This document shows, in pieces, positions 56,324-64,000 of a stretch of DNA of 64,000 nucleotides. The stretch spans positions 6,758,001 through 6,822,000 of the forward strand of contig OX597837.1 of assembly GCA_951406725.2 (NCBI GenBank), in the 5' to 3' direction. Below the pieces are notes generated by a model. The model was not told the origin of the DNA. It saw nothing but the letters and a program-made list of their open reading frames with translations, and did not search any database. Source of the DNA: Octopus vulgaris (lineage: Eukaryota). Each line of letters opens with the position of its first letter. The stretch's first letter is position 1. A program made the position numbers and the translations under genes.

Positions 56324-56354
<31 letters not shown>

Positions 56355-56355
56355 C

Positions 56356-56460
<105 letters not shown>

Positions 56461-56465
56461 ATAAG

Positions 56466-56515
<50 letters not shown>

Positions 56516-56569
56516 TGTATGTATGTATGTATGTATGTATGTATGTATGTATGTGTATGTATGTGTGTG

Positions 56570-56765
56570 TGTCCCCAACATCGCTTGACAACCGATACTG
56601 GTATGTTTACGTCCCCGTAACGTAGCGGATCGGCAAAAGAGATCATAGAATAAGTACTAGGCTTACAAAGAATAAGTCCTGGGGGTCGATGTGCTCGACT
56701 AAAGGTGGTGCTCCAGCATGGCCGCAGTCAAAATGACTGAAACAAGTTAAAAGAATAAAAGAATA
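56570..56765 (+). mobile_element. SINE family A, 3' half
   Basis: Homology to tails of other copies. Confidence 0.85.
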
Positions 56766-57180
56766 TAAGAATATATGAATGCGAAAGAGATACTTTAATA
56801 ACTGTAAACCTACTTTTGGACCGCCCTGTACATACATACATATGTGTATGTATGCATGTATGTATGTATATATGTATGTATATATGTATGTGTGCATCTG
56901 TTTTCATATTAAACTGGAAAGAAAGTTTTGCTGCATTTCTGACATAATTGCTTTGAGGATGCCTTTTCCAAAACTTACAGTGAAATAAACTAAAATTTTA
57001 CTTTTAAATGGATTTTTTCTTCCTTCTTTGCGGATTACTTTTATATTTTAGTGATTAAATTCGCATCGATTTTAACCTTTTAAAGTGAGTTGAAATCAAA
57101 CCCGTATGAAACGTTGCATATTCTATGAATTCTAAAAAAGGTTTTACAGCAGGCGCAGGAGTGGCTGTGTGGTAAGTAGC

Positions 57181-59410
57181 ATGCTAACAGTTGCTTCTGC
57201 GCATGTGCGAGTCAGTGTTGTTTGGCACTGAAGCGGTGAAGACGTGCTATTGAAGCCGTCTTGAATTGAAAACTTTGGAAGCCCCATGTAAGGTAAGATT
57301 CTGTTTTTGGGTCCAGTGGGAGTTTTTGTTGAGAATTGTTTTTTACAGGCAGGAAGTCCTACTGGATTCAGAATTCTGATTCTGCCGACATGTGGCAAAT
57401 ATATTTTTCTCGCTGAGAAAATTTTTGGGGGCGTATCCGTCTTCGATAAATTGAGTAAATATTTTTCTCACGTAATTGTGAGAATTGTATTGTGCTGTGA
57501 AGAACTTTTATGAATTGTGAAAACTACTACTTCGCAAGAAAATTATAAAAATAAGCCACTATTGGATTACCTTTCGGACCCATTTTTGTGGAGGTTGTGT
57601 TGCAGTTGCGGCGTTCCAGGTTCAACCCAGGCCGGGAGTACCGCAAGGCCAGAATATTTTTGCTGTGTTTTTTCTGTTTATTAACTTTCTTTTGAACTTC
57701 ATTTAACCCCCCTTTTGTTTTTTTCTTTATTGCGACTTTCCGTTGATTTCTTCCCCTTTGTTGTGCTTTCTCCTTTTTGTTTTTTCAAAAATCTATCAAA
57801 TTTTATTTGAACTTTTGAACTTTTTTCTTCCTGCTTTTTGAGTTTAATTTGAATATATTTTAAAAAAAACATGGCAATGAAAAATAACAAAATTTTGGAG
57901 TGGGAAATCATACCACCTAAAAAGTGGTTAAAAGACCGTGAAGATAGGACGGTGGTGTTGAGAACCTACTCCAAGGCACTCGACACCATCGCCTTATTCG
58001 AAAAGACGGCAATTGAGGAGGAGTTGGAAGAGTATTTGCCAACAATTAAATTCATTTCCAGGGGTGTCAAATATGCAACGGTGTGGTTGCTATTTGACAC
58101 CCCTGAAGAGGCTTGCAAATTTGCTAGCAAACCCCTGGTGGGTAGGGAAATCTTATTCCTGCCCACGTACAAAAAAAAGAAATTGATGAAAGCTTGGATA
58201 TGCGGATTGCCACCCGACATAGAACCCGAGTGGATAGAGGAGACTATCCGCCGGGGTCTGGGTGACAGCGAAACTAAGCTCCTCAATGTAAAAGTTCTTC
58301 CTGCGGCTGCTTGGGTTGGGTCAAAAGCAATTTTGACCCTGTGGACCCAATCAGCCAATCTGGTTCTTCCAGATTTTTTGAAAATGGCCGGGTGCAGGTA
58401 CCCGGTGATGCTTGAGGGTGCCCCCCCTAAGTGTCATCGATGCTTGGAGTCCGGCCACATAAAGAAGAACTGTCCTCGGGAACAAAATAGGATCCCGGAA
58501 CAGTTAAGTAAAACCCCTCTAGAAGAGGGAACGATAACGGCCGAGAAAGCAGAGGACTCCTCAAACAGAGGCCGAAAGAGGAAGGTGAGCAACAATGGGT
58601 GCTCACCAAAGGATAATAGGGATGAGGAGAGGAAGGCGAATCTTCCAGCCACGGAGGAGACGCACCCTCCCTCAGTTGAAAAGGGAAAAAAAGAAAAAGA
58701 GGAAGAAAAACGGGACATTACCGGCTGCCAGTGTAGCACCGGAATGTCCCGGAACTACGTCGGTTGGGGTTGTGCCACCGACAAGAGAAGGAATACCGTT
58801 GGCGGGAACTGTGCCGCCAACGAAAGAACTGAACGTATTGGTCCTCTTCTATAGAGGAGGAGAAATTGAAAAAGTGATGGAAGAGCACTACAAGGGAGCA
58901 CCTTTAGCCTTCACACAGGACCCCGAATGGCCTCCGCAGGTAGCTGTGGAGGCCGTGACGTTCGACGTGACGCTTGGGCTAAAGGAGCTCAATGAAGATT
59001 ATAACTTGGTCCCGGGCGACGCGAACTCGGAACTTGATTACGTTCTGAGGGAGGCGTGGTTGATGGTGGAGGGCGCGGGCACAAGCTATTTCGAGGACGA
59101 TATGTATTATTAGTAATGGACTTAAGTCCAAAAATTGGAAAATTGTAAGAGGATTAATACCTCGTTTTGTATTAATAATGGACTGCTAAGTCCAAAAATT
59201 GGAAAAATTGTAAGAGGTTTAATACCTCGTTTTGTGTTTATCTTTAAAAAGAACAATGTTTTAGAGAAGCAAAAGTCGGCGGGCGCTTTTTGTCTTCTCC
59301 CATCCTTATCATCTTTCTTTCATTATCATTCACCTCATTAATGTCCTCGTCCAGCCCGCAAAGCTAACTTAATCTGTGTACTGCCTTTATGGCAAATGTT
59401 TTGAAATAAA
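57181..59410 (+). mobile_element. ORF1-only (HAL1-like) non-autonomous Tx1/L1-clade retroelement inserted in a SINE head
   Basis: TSD AAGTAGC; Inr/DPE-like TCAGT..AGACGTG at 57212-57246; ORF1 with zinc knuckle; no ORF2; ends at AATAAA. Confidence 0.85.
57871..59113 (+). CDS. ORF1 gag-like protein with CCHC knuckle; C-terminal part probably continues in another frame (58595-59113) after a frameshift in an A-rich run
   Basis: CHRCLESGHIKKNC; EILFLPTYKK..ICGLPPDI..WI..LPD..PVMLEGAPPKC aligns with EIIMVPYYKN..IRNVPPDM..WI..LPD..YVMAEGKKPRC of ORF1 at 32461-34212. Confidence 0.8.
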
Positions 59411-60119
59411 GTAGCTTGTTTACCAACCACATGGTTCTGGGTTCAGTCCCACTGCGTGGCACCTTGGGCAAGTGTCTTCTACTATAGCCCCGGGCCGACC
59501 AAAGCCTTGTGAGTGGACTTGGTAGACGGAAACTGAAAGAAGCCCGTCGTATATATGTATATATATGTATGTATATATGTATGTTTATATGTCTGTGTTT
59601 GTCCCCCACCCCTAGCATTGCTTGACAACCGATGCTGGTGTGTTTATGTCCCCGTCACCTAGCGTTTCGGCAAAAGAGACCGATAGAATAAGTACTGGGC
59701 TTACAAAGAATAAGTCCCGGGGTCGAGATGCTCGATTAAAGGCGGTGCTCCAGCATAGCCGCAGTCAAATGACTGAAACAAGTAAAAGAGTAAAAGAGTA
59801 ATGGAAACTGCAAGAAATATTCGTTCCCTCTAGAGAAATTAAAATGTTGAGTGTCCGGACATGTCAACGAAATTTTGGCCAGAGTCGCACGAGAATTATC
59901 TATTTCTGTCGCAGATTTCTGACGATCTGGTCGACCAAATTCTATCAAGCATATTTATGTTTTAAGCTTAGTATTTACTCTATAGGTCTCTTTTCCCGAA
60001 CCGCTAAGTTACGGGAACGTTAACACACCGATACCGTTTGTCAAGCGGTACTGGGGACAGACACAGATACAATGATGCACATAGATAAATACACCACATA
60101 CGACGCAAACACACACACA

Positions 60120-60333
60120 CACTGGATCTCTTCCTGTCAGGTGTCCCAGATGAACCAACTTCACGGCAGGAGGTGCAGATGAGGGCAGCTGCATCGAACT
60201 CCCTCATGCACCAAATGACAATTGCTAAAAAGCATTCGTGAAGTAAAATTATGTAGCAACACCAAATGGCGGTGCCCCAGCATGGCCACAGCTCGTGAGC
60301 TGGAACTAGATAAAATAAAATAAAATAAATAAA
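60120..60333 (+). mobile_element. 3' end of CR1-group LINE with (TAAAA)n tail, abutting a SINE A fragment (59985-60110, minus)
   Basis: Matches 17310-17500 and the reverse complement of 28173-28365. Confidence 0.88.
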
Positions 60334-60884
60334 ACACATACACGCATACATTTGTGTGAAAGCATACTTAAAGAAAATTCCACGCAAACTGCGCAGGATT
60401 TTGTAAAACATTTCAATTAGAGTAGTCTGATTGTTCAGTACCCCGTTTAATCCGGATGAATTTCCAGGGGAATTTGAATATCCAGTAGCCGCCTGACTAG
60501 TTCACTGTATGAACACGGGTGGTGTTGCGCGTCCTGTAGATTTACGTGCGTTAATTACACTGCTTTTGTAATACGTTAATTTTGAGAGAATCTTTGCTTA
60601 TTTAGTTTGTTACCCTTAACACACACATACACACACAGTTACGTAAAGCTTGAGTAAATATCTAGTAGTATGCCGATTAAAGCACTTTCACTGTCTACGG
60701 TTACCTGATGTCATCTACAGTATTGATATAAGCGTTTTGCTGAACCTACCTACATAATTCCTCAGTGTTCGTCGAATATATATCAAACAGGAGAAACAGG
60801 AAATGGAATTCACGAGGTTCTTTATTAATCACGATGGATCGATGCAAGATATGTTGAAACGATCGTTATCATTAATGAAGAATC

Positions 60885-61110
60885 TCGTGGCTTAGTGGTT
60901 AGAATGTTAGATTCATGATCGTAAGATTGCGGTTTCGACTCCCGGACCGAGCGATGCATTGTGTTTCTGAACAAAACACTACATTTCACGTTACTCCAGC
61001 CCCCTCAGATAACGATGAGTAATCCTGCAACGTATTGGCCTTCCGCTCAGGTTGCGGGGGGGGGGGGGTCCTATATGCCTCGAAGACTTGGAAACCGGCT
61101 GTATGGGTCC
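60885..61110 (+). mobile_element. tRNA-derived SINE, family C-like head
   Basis: gtggcttagtggttaga (A box), gtttcgactccc (B box), central domain as at 12105. Confidence 0.7.
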
Positions 61111-61211
61111 ATATTACATGTGAGTTTGTGTGTGTGTTTGTGTGTATGTATATATTTTTTTTCGGTGCGGTGGATTTTTAGACGTGTATTACAATCCTGT
61201 AAATAACTATA

Positions 61212-61490
61212 ATGGTATTTTTTCATATAAGCTAAAAGCTTATGGCGATCACCGTGCAATGAGAAGGACAATAGTCTAATAAAAGAACATATAAGCCCTC
61301 GACAGAAAAAAAAGAAGGCTTTCCTTTTCGCGTGGAACTCGAACCCACAACCCTTTGTTAACGCAAGTGTTTTACCTAAGATAAGCCATCATTTATTCTG
61401 TCGAGGGCTTATATACCCCTTTATTAGACTACTTTTCTTAGTCATTGCACGGTCATCGTCATAAGCTTTAAGCTTATATAAAAATACCAT
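61212..61490. mobile_element. Fold-back/MITE-like element with about 110-bp arms enclosing a tRNA-like core
   Basis: 61212-61321 is inverted to 61383-61490; minus-strand core has an A-box-like tggcttatcttagg and a T-arm gtggg-TTCGAGT-tccac. Confidence 0.7.
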
Positions 61491-61499
61491 ATTTATATA

Positions 61500-61549
<50 letters not shown>

Positions 61550-61783
61550 GCTTCTTCTCTGCGGAAGATGGAGAATGTTATTACATTTGGAGTTTACTTA
61601 TCTCATTGCTGTTAAGATACTTTCCATGTATAATTCAATCGGTCTTTTCTCAAGAGTTTCTGATTTTTTTAAGTAGCACCATTATATTATGCATCATACA
61701 TACATATATATATATATAGACACACACGTAAGTATATACATATATATATACATATATGGATAGATATATAGATATATAGATAT

Positions 61784-61941
<158 letters not shown>

Positions 61942-62205
61942 CATATATGTATATATAGTTCTTTGTGAGTGGACCGGATGCACAGGTAATAGGCACATAT
62001 CTAATTTGTATGTTCTGTTGGAGTGTTTCTTTAATTTCCGTTCCACCTTTCACATGGAGGCAGCCATTTCTTCATCAAATTTAATTTATTTTGAATTGCT
62101 TATTGAGCCATCTCGTGATTAGTGCCTCGTTTTGAGGATGAATTAATGTGTCTATGTGAAGCATATTTCTGTCTGTTGTCTCCCACCTCTTTCTCTCTCC
62201 CTCCT

Positions 62206-62246
<41 letters not shown>

Positions 62247-62258
62247 GCATATATATAA

Positions 62259-62311
<53 letters not shown>

Positions 62312-62337
62312 CACACACATATATATGTATGTTTATA

Positions 62338-62378
<41 letters not shown>

Positions 62379-62489
62379 ATATATAACAATACATATATAT
62401 ATATATATCCCCATACATAGGTAGTCACACATACACAGACACAGACACACACACGCACACACACAAACATATATGAATTTATGTATTTG

Positions 62490-62533
<44 letters not shown>

Positions 62534-63294
62534 TATATATATATGAACATATAAATTTATATATATATATATGTGTGTGTGTGTGTTTATGTGAATGTAT
62601 GCATAAATATACATATATATGTATATATGTGTGTGTAAGAGAGAGAAGTTTGTTGTGTGTGTGTGTGCATGATTGTATGTGTATTTGTGTGTGTGCGTGT
62701 GTTTGTAAGCTTGTGTGTTTGCCTCTACATATACATCTATATCATGATTACCGCATCGAAATGACACAGGAAATTAAAAGTATGTCATACGCATGCGTGC
62801 ATGTTTGTGTGTGCGTAATTGTTTGTATGTGTGTGCATGCAAGTGTGTATATAAATCTGTGTGTGCACGCTCGCAAGCTTGTGTATATATGAAACTAAGC
62901 TTACACAAATAATATATTAATATCATTAATATGCATCTATGTTCGTGGGCGTGTTTATTTTAATGTATGCGAGATGGTTCTGTCTTCTTCTGTCCTTTCC
63001 TTTTCGCCATCTCTAAGTTACTTTGCACGGAAAATCTATTTTCCATATATTTCTGCAATATTGGCTTCCATTTTTGTGCTAGGAAGTTGAGAAAAACTGC
63101 TTTCAAACGCATTTCTTTTTGGCCCTTAATTACTGCATTCAAATTCCACCGTGGTTAAGCTTGTCTTAACTGAGAACCTAACAAAACCTTAGGTCGATTG
63201 GCATCACGTAAAAGCCACATTTGAAAAGTTGCTTCTCTTGTACAAAAATAAGAAGCCATTGTATATATATATATATATAGGTATAAGCACGGAA

Positions 63295-63441
63295 TTTCCG
63301 TCTACCAAATCCACTCACAAGGCTTTGGTCGGCCCAAGGCTATAGTAGAAGACACTTGCCCAAAGTTCCACGCAGTGAGACTGAACCCGGAACCATGTGG
63401 TTGGTAAGTAAGCTACTTACCACACAGCCACTACTGCGCCT
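63295..63441 (-). mobile_element. SINE family A, 5' half (uninterrupted head)
   Basis: Minus strand ggcgcagtagtggctgtgtggtaagtagcttacttacc. Confidence 0.88.
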
Positions 63442-63952
63442 ATTTGTATATATATATATATACGCACAAATGTCTGCGTATTTATCTATCTACCTATGTA
63501 TATATATATATATATATATACAAAATTAAGAGGAATGACCACTAAAGTGGATACCTCATATGCTAAACATAGGCGTCAAATCTCCCATTACTACGCCAAC
63601 ATGTAAAATGCCAACATACAAAACGAAAAATTTCTGCAATACGCCAACATGCAAAACGCCAACACGTAAAAAAGAGCAAATGAAAATATACGAAATAAAA
63701 AACGGTTACCTACGTACCAATGGTTTCACTTGTTAATATCTACGATTGCAAACTCGCAGACATCTGCAAGACCGTCTGCGTAGTCTGTCGCTTACAAAAC
63801 ACAATTTCCAGAACAAGATACAGAACGCTCAACCGAAATCGAATATGTATAAAGTTCTACAAATTATATTTGGGTATATCTTTCAAATGTCTTCCCTTTG
63901 GCGCGCTATGGCCGGAAATTACTCTGCATTCATAAATAACATATATTTATAT

Positions 63953-64000
63953 TGCGGTGCCCCAGCATGGCCACAGCTCGTGAGCTGAAACTAGATAAAA
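63953..64000 (+). mobile_element. Extreme 3' end of CR1-group LINE
   Basis: gcggtgccccagcatggccacagctcgtgagctgaaactagataaaa. Confidence 0.8.

Larger units (their letters stand above)
57152..59800 (+). mobile_element. SINE family A split by a 2.2-kb insertion (57152-57180 and 59409-59800)
   Basis: ggcgcaggagtggctgtgtggtAAGTAGC | insert | AAGTAGCttgtttaccaaccacatgg..; removing the insert restores a complete SINE. Confidence 0.92.

Noticed and set aside
58683-58689. G GGA AAA slippery heptamer as a programmed -1 frameshift in ORF1
   Set aside because: The downstream ORF (58595-59113) is in the +1 frame, so a -1 shift would not join them; a simple indel in the A-rich run is more likely
60439-60496. 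Possible terminal exon TPFNPDEFPGEFEYPVAA*
   Set aside because: Weak acceptor, no recognisable homology, and phase does not directly match the candidate exon at 20746

Overview
Repeat-saturated, AT-rich eukaryotic (animal) DNA. The extreme (TA)n/(GATA)n/(CAT)n load and the SINE families look like a coleoid cephalopod (Octopus-type) genome; this is an inference. No convincing multi-exon host gene is visible (one candidate 59-bp exon at 20746-20804), and most ORFs in the track are microsatellite artefacts. Real coding content is all from transposable elements: a 5'-truncated Neptune-type Penelope element (RT + GIY-YIG) with an inverted pLTR, a CR1/L2-group LINE 3' part, an RTE fragment, a Tx1/L1-clade LINE with intact ORF1 and internally deleted ORF2, a decayed Helitron RepHel, and an ORF1-only (HAL1-like) retroelement. 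Non-coding elements include a solo LTR, Tc1/mariner and pogo-type MITEs and at least four tRNA-derived SINE families. Most striking: (i) the ORF1-only element (57181-59410) and a related 3'-end fragment (2852-3046) both end at the same nucleotide of the same SINE family's tRNA-like head, suggesting a SINE-targeting, sequence-specific retroelement; (ii) several minimal hammerhead-ribozyme motifs show compensatory variants of the core 3-8 base pair (C-G, U-A, G-C); (iii) two 265-bp inverted repeats with 4 mismatches bracket about 18 kb of nested elements; (iv) a frame-restoring GT-AG intron candidate lies in the Helitron RepHel. All alignments were done by eye; boundaries may be off by a few bases.
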